DNA of 64,000 nt from Anthoceros angustus. Lineage: Eukaryota > Plantae > Anthocerotophyta. Positions 36,200 through 47,438 of this stretch are shown here, one piece after another. The notes below the pieces were generated by a model. That model searched no databases and had not been told where the DNA came from. It was given only the letters and a program-made list of their open reading frames with translations. Where the stretch lies: the NCBI GenBank assembly GCA_010909165.1, contig VJWM01000209.1, positions 1-64,000 of the forward strand. The letters run 5' to 3'. Position 1 is the stretch's first letter; each line of letters opens with the position of its first letter. A program made the position numbers and the translations under genes.

Positions 36200-38580
36200 A
36201 CCACAAGTAGTAACCTAAGAAACCTGTGTACATTTTGGAAATCTCACAGTTCAGCAAGTGTGTGCGTGCAAACCCTTTCCTGCCAACCTCTTTTTCTGCA
36301 GACGGAACCATATTCCATGTGTAGCGTCCCACGCTACCTGCCCTGTACACCTGCACAAGTTCCTCCGCCACACGTGGCAAGCCACCATGTACCGACTCAG
36401 CGAGGATTTTCAACAGGCCTGACAAGGCCTGCATTTGCTCGTCCACCAAGCCTTCCATCTCCTGCATATCATAGAGGTTCCCTTGGAATGACCGATTTTT
36501 GCAGCCAGGGTGTGCCGGACATCTGGTACCCTGTCAGGCACAGCCTGCGAGTAATATATGTCACAAAAGTTTATCTGCAGTCGGGAACCATATCCCATGT
36601 GTAGCGTCCCAAGGTACCTGCTCTGTACACCTGCACAAGCTCCTGCGCCACACGTGGCGAGCCACCATGTACCAACGCAGCGAGCATTTTCAACAGGCCT
36701 GACAAGGCTTCATTTGGTTCCCGTTGAATGACCGATATGTTGCAGCCAGGGTGTGCCGGACATCTGATACCCTGTCAGGCACAGACTTCGAGTATATATA
36801 TGACACAATGTTATAATAGGGGAATGCACAAAAGTTTCCATCTCCCCCACACCTCATACCTCTGGACCATTAGGTTGCTCAGCATTACCATGCAGCTTCC
36901 AGCTCGAGTAGACATCACGCGCATTATTCAGTAACGAGGCAGTACCTTGCAATCCGCTCATCTCCTACCACGGACTCTTTTGTGGCTCCTGAAGAGCAGG
37001 CAGCAACATCAGCCAACAGAGTTTCAAGTGTTTCTAACAAAAGCACCGGGCCTGTAGGTGGTGGGGAGACTGTACCAGTCAATGACAGCTTCAACCTTGT
37101 CTCAACATCACGGATCTATTGTACCAGCAATCCAGGTGTGTCAAGCGCATAGATGCTTGGATGTCTACCAACTTGGCACGACGCATGTTACCCACCTATG
37201 TCAATTGCCAGCAGGCAAAGGCTATCACCACTCGCCTCAGGCTGGAAGATGATGACATATATCAAGTGCTGGTAAGGACATATCCCAGACCTGGGAGCCT
37301 GATCTGTTTCGGTGACTCCAGGCAGAGGTCCAAGTTTGCTTTTTCAAATGCTCCTGCAGTAGACAAAAGCTACGATCTCAGATAGACAAGGCTTGGCCTC
37401 CAAAGGCTCAATGACTCTCCTGATGCTATATGACTCTCATGTGCAACAAACAGCGCTAGCAACAAACAGTACCTGGAAACCCCGATCTTGTGAGCTGACC
37501 CATCTTGTTCAGAATAGCTGACTTGCGCACGCCCTGGCGACATCAGCAGCAAGGTGGGCTCTTTCACTGGCTCTCTTTCAGCCAATCCCTTGCTTTCACG
37601 CATCAGCGCCTGAAAGCTGAGAAATCAACAATCCATGTGACTGCATCCATCAAGGGTCCACCAAGCTTTCCATCTCCTGCAGGTCATCCAGGTTCCCATT
37701 GAATGACCGATATGTTGCAGCCAGGGTGTGCCGTACATCCGAGACCCTGCCAGGCACAGCCAGCGAGCATGACATATATCAAGTGCTGGTAAGGACATAT
37801 CCCAGACCTGGGAGCCTGATCTGTTTCGGGTGACTCCAGGCAGAGGTCCAAGTTTGCTTTTTTCAAATGCTCCTGCGGTAGACAAAAGCTACGATCTCAG
37901 ATAGACAAGGCTTGGCCTCCAAAGGCTCCAATGACTCTCCTGATGCTATATGACTCTCATGTGCAACAAACAGCGCTAGCAGCAAACAGTACCTGGAAAC
38001 CCCGATCTTGTGAGCTGACCCATCTTGTTCAGAATAGCTGACTTGCGCACGCCCTGGCGACATCAGCAGCAAGGTGGGCTCTTTCACTGGCCTCTTTCAG
38101 CCAATCCCTTGCTTTCACGCATCAGCGCCTGAAAGCTGAGAAATCAACAATCCATGTGACTGCATCCATCAAGGGTCCACCAAGCTTCCATCTCCTGCAG
38201 GTCATCCAGGTTCCCATTGAATGACCGATATGTTGCAGCCAGGGTGTGCCGTACATCCGAGACCCTGCCAGGCACAGCCAGCGAGCATGACATAATATTA
38301 GAGGAACAAGACTGAACGAAAGTTTCCATCTCCCCACACCAACTTGGAGAAGGCTTCATACCTTTGGACCGTCAGGTTGCTCAGCGTTCCCATCCAGCTT
38401 CCACCTTGAGTAAACATGGCGCGTATTGAGAAGCGAGAGCAAGTACCTCGCAATCCGCTCTTCTCCTACAACCGAGTCTTCTATGGTTCCTGAGGATTAA
38501 GCAGCAACATCAGCCAAATAGAGTTTCATATGGTTCTAACGATGACACCAGTCCTGTAGGTGGAGGGGAGGCTGCAATAC
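36200..38580 (-). pseudogene. Fragmented, internally repeated gene relic of unrecognised family (copy 2 at ~55820-57660)
   Basis: The peptide VPDRVxDVRHTLAA..FNGNLxDxQEME recurs at ~36500, 36740, 37720 and 38240. ETLLADVAA..ES.VG.ERIARY recurs at ~36950-37030 and ~38440-38520. Confidence 0.4.
37252..38293. repeat. ~518-bp tandem duplication present only in copy 1
   Basis: ATGACATA occurs at 37252, 37769 and 38287. There is a single unit in copy 2 (56861-57385). Confidence 0.9.
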
Positions 38581-38769
38581 CAGTCAACTACCATCTTTAG
38601 GGTGGAACACTAATCTTACCTGGCCCAAACAGGCAATGGCTAGCCAAGACCCTTATTAGGGCCTGCGGAGAGAGAGGCACATGTCTTCAGAGCTTCGTCA
38701 GGATAAGAACTTTGGGGGTTTCGAACCGACGCTGTAGAACATGGTTCCCATGGCCAGGCACAAAGCAAT

Positions 38770-39560
38770 TCATTGCAAGACGTAGCCAGTAGTAACCTAC
38801 GTCTCTGGACATGTTGATGAAGGACCTTCGAGTGAGGGTAAAACACTGCATCAGGGTGCTGGCTTCGCTTCCTGTCGACTCTTGCAAGGAGCGGGAATCT
38901 GCCATGGTGGACAAGGTATACCAGCATCCACAAAATGCTGATTCAACACGCGTACGGGACATCCAGTCACCACATGGAAATGACAGGAGCACGCATTCAA
39001 ATCGCGACGCCTGCTCCACCAATCTGATTATCCTCTACACGGCACCAACGTAGATCGTCCTGCAGAACTAGGTCGTTGAACAGCTCAAAGACTTCGCTGC
39101 TGGGCTGGTGAATAGAAGTGATGACAGTCCGTCCATCTGGAGCCAAATTCTTCAAGGTAGTCGTAACAAAGAAGGCTGCAGCACTGCAACAAGCCCACCT
39201 TCCATTTTAGCACTGAATGAGGAGTAGAAGCAACAAAAAAATAACTCCGAATGTGCACCATCCCCGCACACCTATCCAAGTCACTGATAGGCTCATCCAG
39301 ATGCAAAAAGCGAGGCTTGGTAAGCAGCTCCAAGGCAATGGTGACCCATCTCCTCTCACCTCCGCTCACCCCTCTGAGATGTTAATTCTCTATGGGCGTG
39401 TGCAAAGCTTACTGAAGACCCATTCCTCGATCGTGGTGTTAATGATCTCCATCTTCTGTGCCCTGGGCATCCTGACCGGAAGCCGGAAGAAAGCCGAGTA
39501 CACCATAGTCTCAAATACGGTGAGCGTCCCGGGCAAGTTGTCATTCTGCGTCACATAGGC
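38770..39560 (-). pseudogene. ABCG half-transporter (ABCG11/WBC-like) fragment, copy 1
   Basis: AYVTQNDNLPGTLTVFET; SGGERRWVTIALELLTKPRFLHLDEP; intron; [36 protein letters not shown]; [20 protein letters not shown]. Walker A and most of the TMD are not seen. Confidence 0.88.
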
Positions 39561-40049
39561 CTACAATCACAGCAGCGATGAGCTCCCGAAGTGACAGTAA
39601 CTGTCCCAGTCCCAGCCCCAAAACTCATTCCCACTTACCGCCACGCCGCACGACAGCCACTACTTGCTGCCATTGAGATAAATGTGCCCCGGGCGTCTGC
39701 CTCGCATTCTTGGCCAACCTCCTGCCCAAACGACATTAGATCCATCACACCGGTCACTTCCTGTGACGCGTTGTGCGAGATCAAGCCCTTCCCCAAGGAC
39801 TCAACAAAACTGTCACGTCCCACATGCCTGCCAGAGTGTCGAGAAGGGTTGATTTGCCGGAGCCAGAAGGCCCCATGATGTAGCACGTCATTCCTTATTT
39901 AGGCTTTCGTCTGTGACGCCTTCGTGTGATGATGGCATTGTACTTCTCGGTGTGGTGATGCCCGTCTGTGCTTCTTGGTGTGATCCTCCCCAAACGTCAA
40001 ACATTTTGAATCTGGTAATCGTCATCTCTCCAGGGAATCGAGACTTGTG

Positions 40050-40750
40050 ATGGTGATCCCAATTGCAACCGGAGGGGATCCGGAGTGTCACAGTGTGTGT
40101 GAGAGCAGCAGAGCCTCCGCGAAATTTGGCAGCCTTGAAACGGGTCTGCGCGATGTGGTAACCACCATGGTGGTTCCCGCCGGAGATCCAGAGAAGAAAT
40201 CGCACGAGAACGAAAGGTGTGAGATCCGTAGCCTGGATCAGCTCATCCCCAACGTGTACGTGCCCCTTCTCCTGCTGTTCGATAAAACCCCGAGATCGGG
40301 ATTGGCGGGACTGGTGGAGGAGCTCAAACAGTCGCTGGCTAGGGTGCTGGTGCTCTTCTATCCCATGGCGGGCAGGGTGGTGGAGAGGGCGGGCCAGCCG
40401 CCGCATCTGGTGTGCAACAATGCCGGTGCCGTCTTCACCTCCGCGCACGTGGACGCTCCCATGAGCCAAGTGTGTGGAGTCGGCATTCACTTCCAGCCGG
40501 TGCCACAAATCCAAGGGACATTGATGAGGCACAAAGTTGAGATTGCAGAGGCGGAGGTGGAGGTGGGAAGCAAGCCCTTGTGGTTCATGTAAGCCTCAGC
40601 CTCTGAGTGTTGTGCAAATGGAAATCTTCCATGGGTGCTGTGGAATTCAGGTGGCGGGGCTGCGGCATATGCATGCAGGTGACGGATTTGAGTGTGGAAT
40701 TCAGGTAGCGTGGCCCTGGCTGTCAGCTGGCTGCATGCCAGAGCATGGCA
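40050..40750 (+). pseudogene. BAHD acyltransferase, N-terminal half, truncated by a Copia LTR, copy 1
   Basis: SLDQL..VYVPLLLLF; LKQSLARVLVLFYPMAGR; LVCNNAGAVF; intron at the Q^VT position; FECG..VALAVSWLH. It breaks at the HxxxD motif, where the LTR starts. Confidence 0.88.
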
Positions 40751-43680
40751 TGACACGGAAGCGTAAAGAGGAAAGGCAGAAAAACAATTGAGAGTGAAAC
40801 AACCACGTCGAGGAGAACATATAAAAGTAGTTATAAAACCCAATCTAGGATACCTACTCATATGTCAGTAACCTAAGTAATAACTAAAAGTATTGTTCAA
40901 ACGTGCCCTAAGTAGGGCTCTAACTTGCACAATCTCAACACTCCCACTCACGTTTGGAACAACGTGAAATGAGACTAACAAGCTAACATGTCCAGTTCAC
41001 TCTTGATAAGAACATAAATGTATAGCAAGTTAACATATGATGAAGAAAAGCTCCCACTTATGAAGAACCACTTGATAAATCCACAAGGCCTAAAGCGGAA
41101 GAGAAATACTCATGCTTGGCCTTAGATAAACCTTTAGTAAATATATCGGCGAGGTTCTCCTCCGTGGGAACATACTCAATGGCGAGGTTCTCCTCCGTGG
41201 GAACATACTCAATAGCCACGTGATGCTTCGCAACTAATTGTCTTATAAAATGATGATGAACACCAATATGCTTAGTTCGAGCATGGTACTTGGCATTCTT
41301 AGTTAACGCTATTGCCGACATATTGTCACAATACAATAAAGTTGGTGAGCCTTGAACTTGATCCATCTCCGCTAATAAGGATCTTCCAGCTATAGCTTCC
41401 TTACCAGCTAGTGTCAAGGAAGCATACTCACTCTCAATTGAGCTGTCACAATACAATAAAGTTGGTGAGCCTTGAACTTGATCCATCTCCGCTAATAAGG
41501 ATCTTCCAGCTACAGCTTCCTTACCAGCTAGTGTCAAGGAAGCATACTCACTCTCAATTGAGCTAAGAGACACACTCTGTTGCTTCTTACATGTCCATGA
41601 AACAGCAGCACTACACATGGTGAAACAATAGCTAGATAAGCTTTTCCTTGTAACAGGATCAGCTGCCCAGTTGGCATCAGACCAACCCTGAAGTAGCAAC
41701 CTTCTTGTTCCAGATCTCTTGTACTGAAGCCCAACATACATAGTTCCATATAGGAAGCGATAGATGCGTTTTACCCAACCCAATGTGCTAAACCAGGATT
41801 AGAAAGGAATTGCGACACAATGGAAACAGCATGTGTGATGTCTGGACGAGTCCAACCACTAAGGAAAAGTAAACATCCTCGCTTCCTATAAGGTGTATGA
41901 AGCATCCTCTCATTCCTCGGTTGTAGTAAATCTTGAGTAGATAGGGTTTGCCCAATTTGCAAGTGGAGTGGCTGCGGGACATCTTTCTGCTTGAAGTGAT
42001 TAAGAAGCTCTTTAACATACTTAGATTGATAAATGCTAAGTGTACCTTCTTCCCTATTCCAGAAAACAATCGAACTCCAAGGCAATAAGTAAGAGTTCCA
42101 ATATCCTTCATCTTGTACTTGGAACTAAGAGTTGCCTTAACTTCTGATAAGAGGTCTTGGCTATTCGTAGCAATTATTATGTCATCCACATATAAAGCAA
42201 TAATAACAAGCTTCCCATCCTTGCGTAGGAAATATACATTCTCATCAGAATCTGACAAAGCCAATCTCTACAAGAGTGCCATCTATATCGACATACCACT
42301 TCAAAGGAGATTGTTTGAGTCAGTAAATACATTCAAAGTCGCAACTAAGTCTCTAGTTTTAGGATCTACAAACCCTTGGGTTGCTCCATATAAATAAGCT
42401 CCTCTAATTTACCATATAGAAAAGCAAAGGTAACATCCATTTGTTGTAGATCTAAATCTAACTCATTGCTAATGCTAACAAGTATCTAATTGTCTCCAAC
42501 TTAACAAGCGTGAAAAGGTCTCATGATAATCTACTCCGGGAACTTGACTATATCCCTTAGCACACAAACGTGCCTTGTAACGTTCTACACTACCATCAGC
42601 TTTCAATTTGATACGAAATACCCACTTACATTGAATTGGTTTCCTACCATAAGGGAGCTTAACTAATTCCCAAGTATTATTCTCTATCAAACTATTATAT
42701 TCGGATAATATAGCTGCCTCCCACTTCTCCTTATCCGGTCCAGATAATGCCTCTTCACGTGTAGCAGGTTCAATAAGATTAGTAGCTGCTATGTAGGCTT
42801 GGACTAATGAGGCAGAGGCAGGAGTTAATGAGTTCACATCTAAATTGGGTTCATTTCTCAAATTAGATAAAGGGGCAGCTAAAGAATTATTATTTTGGGT
42901 GTTGGAAATGGTTGGTGCAGAAACGGGCGCTGAAACAGGATCTACGGATGAGACTTGGGCAGATTCTATGTGCAAAGAGGCATCGGTGGTCACGGGATCA
43001 GATGTGTGCCAAGATGCGGCCTGGACATCCTCCCAGATGCTCTTGCGCACCTCGGTGATACGGCTCAAGCCAGGCTGGAGATCTACGCGTCCTTGTGGAG
43101 CGACGCGCGGCAGGCGCTGCTGGATCGGGAGGAGGCTTGTAGCTGGGGTTGCACTGTGATGGTGCCAGGAGATGTGCAAGGTGAGGCAAGCGCCCTATTG
43201 GATCGGTGACTGCAGCTGATTTTGCTTTCTGGGAGGCCTGCAGGCAGGTTTCTAGACACTGTGGGAGCAAGTGCTGCAGGATATGATGGCTGATTTGGCA
43301 GCTGTAAGGCAGTGCGGTACCTTGTTGGGCGGCCCTTGTCGGGTGTGTGCGGTGCGCTCCCACTGTCCCAGTCCCACTCGGACGTGCTGGTCATCAGCTC
43401 CCACTCATCTGCAAGGTCGAGTCAAAGGAGCAACCTTGCACATGTCTGCTGGTTCGACGATAATGGATGGTGCTCCTCCAATTCTCTCCCTCGGTGGGCA
43501 GAGATTGCTCAATAACAACACTCCTGAATACATGATCCGCGAGTCTCGGGGTTCACCTTGTATCCCTTTATGCCTTGATTATATCCCACAAACAGCATCT
43601 TGTTGGCCTTAGCATCGAGCTTCTGACGAAGTTGTTTGGATATATGAGCATATGCAGTGCTCAAAATCTGAAGATGCGAA
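40751..43680 (-). mobile_element. 5'-truncated Ty1/Copia element (INT C-terminus, RT, RH, PPT, 190-bp 3' LTR at 40751-40940), copy 1
   Basis: KLDAKA..GIKGY; [31 protein letters not shown]; LYVDDII; SDANWA; HARTKHI; ADIFTK. PPT GTGAGTGGGAG is followed by TGTTGAG...GTGTCA. Confidence 0.95.
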
Positions 43681-44009
43681 ATGGGGTTTGAGTCCTAACG
43701 TCTCTCGGCATAGGGTTATTCTCCATTAAAGAGGTTTGGGTCCCTAAAGACCAAAAATGACCCCAGGCCAAAAATGCATCATCTTTAGCAAAACCACTCT
43801 TTAGACATGTCTTTGAAGACATTGACCATGTTATTTTCTCGTGAATACTTACGCTAACAGGTTAAGCGAAGAAGGTTTTGATTTCACCTTCACAAGGAAG
43901 GGATTTCAAGGATTTTAACGGTGCTAGGAATCCTAAACACCTCTTTCGCAGTATAGTACTTCCTAGTAGGGTGAACAGTAGGCAAACCAAACAAAACTAG
44001 TCCAGCAAG

Positions 44010-44390
44010 CCAAACTGCGCCGGACGTCCGGCGCAACCAACATGCAAAAGCAGCAATTCGCAAGCCGAAAAGAAGCAACTACGTCGGACGTCCAGCGCAA
44101 TTGTGATAGAACATTAACCGATAGCTTGATCATGGCCATCTCGAGCAAACTACGACTCTAGAAAGTAGCGCGGGACGTCTGGTGCACTGTGAGTACACAA
44201 CCCAGGGATCTCCATTGTTAGAGTGAAAAACATAGGAAGGAATTGGAGCAATGCGCCGGACGTTCGGCACATTGGTGCGAGTCTGCTAAAGCCTGCGCCG
44301 GACGTCCGGCGCATTTTCTGGAGACCCCAATCTTGCGGGCGTCCAGCGAGATGGAAATGGTGGAGTGGATGCGCCGGACGTCCGGCGCAA
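44010..44390. repeat. Cluster of palindromic CGCCGGACGTCCGGCG motifs (copy 2 at ~62970-63310)
   Basis: About 7 exact or degenerate copies at ~44018, 44085, 44170, 44253, 44296, 44336 and 44371. Confidence 0.8.
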
Positions 44391-44429
44391 ATGTATATAT
44401 ATTGTTTGTATCCCTTCTAAAGCATCCAC

Positions 44430-44830
44430 TCGGGTAAGGGTGGAGATAGACACACTGGTATAAGACGGGTAAGGGTGGAGATAGACACACTGGTATAAGA
44501 ACTCCGAGATTAAGCACCCTCGGGTCGGATCAGTATCAGGATGGGGTGCTTTGACTTTGGTGCTTTGAGAACTCCACGGATACGCACTTCTTGGGTCGGA
44601 TTAGTCCTAGGACGGGTTGCTTGTTTTTGGCATAAGAACTCCAAGGTTAAGCACCCCCGGGTCGGATCAGTACCAGGATGGGGTGCTTGACTTTGGTGCT
44701 TTGAGAACTCCACAGTTAAGCACTCTTGGGTCGGATTAGTACTAGGATGGGTTGCTTGTTTTTGGCGCTTTGAAAACTTTGTAACAACTCCACTGTTAAG
44801 CAACCTAGGCGTATCAATACCGGGATGGAG
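44430..44830. repeat. Tandem repeats: 35 bp x2, then ~68-bp A/B alternating monomers x5 (copy 2 at ~63350-63735)
   Basis: GGGTAAGGGTGGAGATAGACACACTGGTATAAGA occurs twice. GAACTCC..TTAAGCAC..GGGTCGGAT.AGT...AGGA.GG recurs. Confidence 0.85.
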
Positions 44831-47438
44831 TGTTGATTTTAGTGGTTTGAAAATTTGTAAATCATCCGGTATCTAGGCGTAAAGTCATGAATATTATTTT
44901 TGAAAATCATTTGTTGGTTGATGTTATATTCTCACATTAGCTTTTCTTGATGTCACCGTGACGGTGACATCAAAATTTAAGAATATTGACTCTCATCTGC
45001 ATGCGCGTGGGTCGAGAGAGGATGGAAAGGGCTCCAAAGGCGGGGCGGAGGGCGCCATCGCCTCCTCGTCTGGACCTCAATTCTTCATCCTCTCGCGATT
45101 TTCCTCACTTCACAAAATTAGAAAATCCGACATGAAAGCCATACTTCTTATCACAATTGTGCTCATGGGAAGGATCAAAAAATATGGCTCGATACCATAT
45201 CGAGTTGTGTGGATTGTGGGTGAGAGCACGCAGGGAGGCGAGAGTGCACGAGGCCGAGGCGGCGGTAGTTATCGTTATGATCAAAGAAAAAAATAAAAAG
45301 AGTATATATGAGTATTTAGGTATTTAATTAAGTATATAACCTGATTATGAAACTAACCTAAACTAACATAATTTCCTTTAAGCTCGGGAGGTTGCTGTAT
45401 CTTGGTTTGGGTCTTCATCTTCAAGGTTGAAGAAATCTGCAGTAATAGGATCTTCATTCACAGTCGAAGTGCACTCAACTGTAAAGCTCCAAATATCAAC
45501 AGACCCTGGAGTGCCACAAAATTTTTGGTTTGTGCCCAAGAAGAAGTCCATCTGCTCAAAAAAGGGCCAAGAGCACAGTGTCCCCTTGATACATGCTTTT
45601 CTCCTTCATCGATTTCTTCTCTACAGTGCTAATCCAAGTGCATGGTGAAACCAGTGCATTTCTTCTTCACCTCAATTGCCATTGTTCTTTGAAATATTTC
45701 TCTTCATTTGGTCGCCTTCTCCACATGACACGTGGAAAAATCTGCCGTAATGCAAAGATCCGCCATGGCTTCCTTTTCAAGGCTAGCTAGGGCATAGCGT
45801 GACAGTATGGCTTTGTGAATCTCAATGTGTATTATACATAACATCTTGGGGCTAATATGCACCCGGGATGAAGCAGTGAGGGGCAATGTGCAGTAAACAC
45901 TTGACTACGAGGTCTACCGTAGTCGTAGTGGGGAATACTATATAAAGGCACAACATCTTTTTATAAACTAGCTAGGCTGGTCAATCTACGCAGTGAAAAG
46001 GGCAACGAAAGCAAAACGACTTGGTTATTCTATGTGAATAGGCCATCAGTGCATTACAAGCAAACCACTTCACGATCACATTTACTTCCCGATTAAGTAT
46101 ATTTCCTGGTCCTAATTAAGTATAGTGAATGAATCACCGTTTGTGAATAAAGTTGAACTTCAAGTTTCTTTGGGCTCGCTCCTAAGGCTCTATCTCTTTA
46201 GGGCGTTAAAGAAACATTTGTGAATGGTGTTTCAAAAACTAGACAATATCGTTGAAGTAAACACGTAGTGTGGTTTTTAATACAAAATATGCTCAAATAA
46301 ACCAAATAATATGGTGGAAAAACATGTATTTTATTTTCGAACATATATTTTTGAAGAAACATGGATTGGGATTTATGAAATTTAAAAAGACAGCTTGAAG
46401 ACATACTTGAACAAACATACATTATGTTGTAAAAACATGTATAGTGTTTGAGAAACAAGCATTGTGTTTCAAAAACCATAAAAGAATTGCTTGAAGAAAC
46501 ATTATAGTTAGAAGAAATATTACATTTTTCAAGTCTTGCCATTGTGCAATGTAAAATTGATGTTGGGTATAGGCATGTAAATCCTCTATGTCACTGCAAA
46601 GAAAGGACTGAAGATTCAAGCTAGGATGCTTGAACGTGGCTTACCATGAATTGGTGCCATTAATTTCAACAAATGAAGGAGAAGGCATAGCAATCTCAGC
46701 ACACTTAGCACAACCTGGATGAAGGAATTACACCAACTACTTGTTGTACTTGCACCTGGTGAAAGTGCTGAGAACTCAGCTCAATCCATTTTCGTTGTCA
46801 TCTCCATTCAAGTGTGTGACCACGCAGGAATTGGCGCGCACAAAGCTGATAACGGGCTTATCACGGGCCCGGGAAGTAGAGCATTTAAATATGATTTACG
46901 AAACAGGAAACACCAAAAGTGAAGCTTGGATAAATGAAAACCGTTTTGGTTTTAAAACCGCACGCGACACAGGTACAGTATTCACATGGATGCGAGTCTT
47001 CATCGTACATGCCACATGCACGGACATGGAGGCAACGACCGTATACTGACCGCATACGGGATGGAGGTGGGGCCGACGGAGGCTGCCCGGATGGTCGGGC
47101 CAATCTGTTTTTTTTAAAGAATTCCTTGCAGCGCTGCTACTGGGGGGAGGGACTGCAGCTGCCTCTGCGTGCTTGAAATGCATTCCAGTCACTGAAAGTA
47201 TCGCAGGGGCAGCCACGGACGTGGTATTGGTTGTGGGGATTGGAGTGGCGCTTGCAGCTACGAGAGGATGAGCTGGTCGCACGCCTCAACGCCTTCACAC
47301 TTCACAGCATTGGCTGAGCATTGTGTGACCTCCACAGCTCATGAAGCTGAGCATTGTGTGAAGTGGGAGGAGTGCAGCTGCCTCTGCCTCTGCATTCTTG
47401 AGGTTGAATGCCGTTGTTGAAATAATCGGAGGGCAGCC

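Larger units (their letters stand above)
25563..45380. repeat. Segmental tandem duplication, copy 1 (~19.8 kb)
   Basis: Collinear near-identity with 45381-64000, starting AGCTCGGGAGGTTGCTGTATC. Confidence 0.97.

Noticed and set aside
44430-44830. CRISPR-like repeat array
   Set aside because: Repeats are contiguous and degenerate with no unique spacers; the context is eukaryotic and there are no cas genes.
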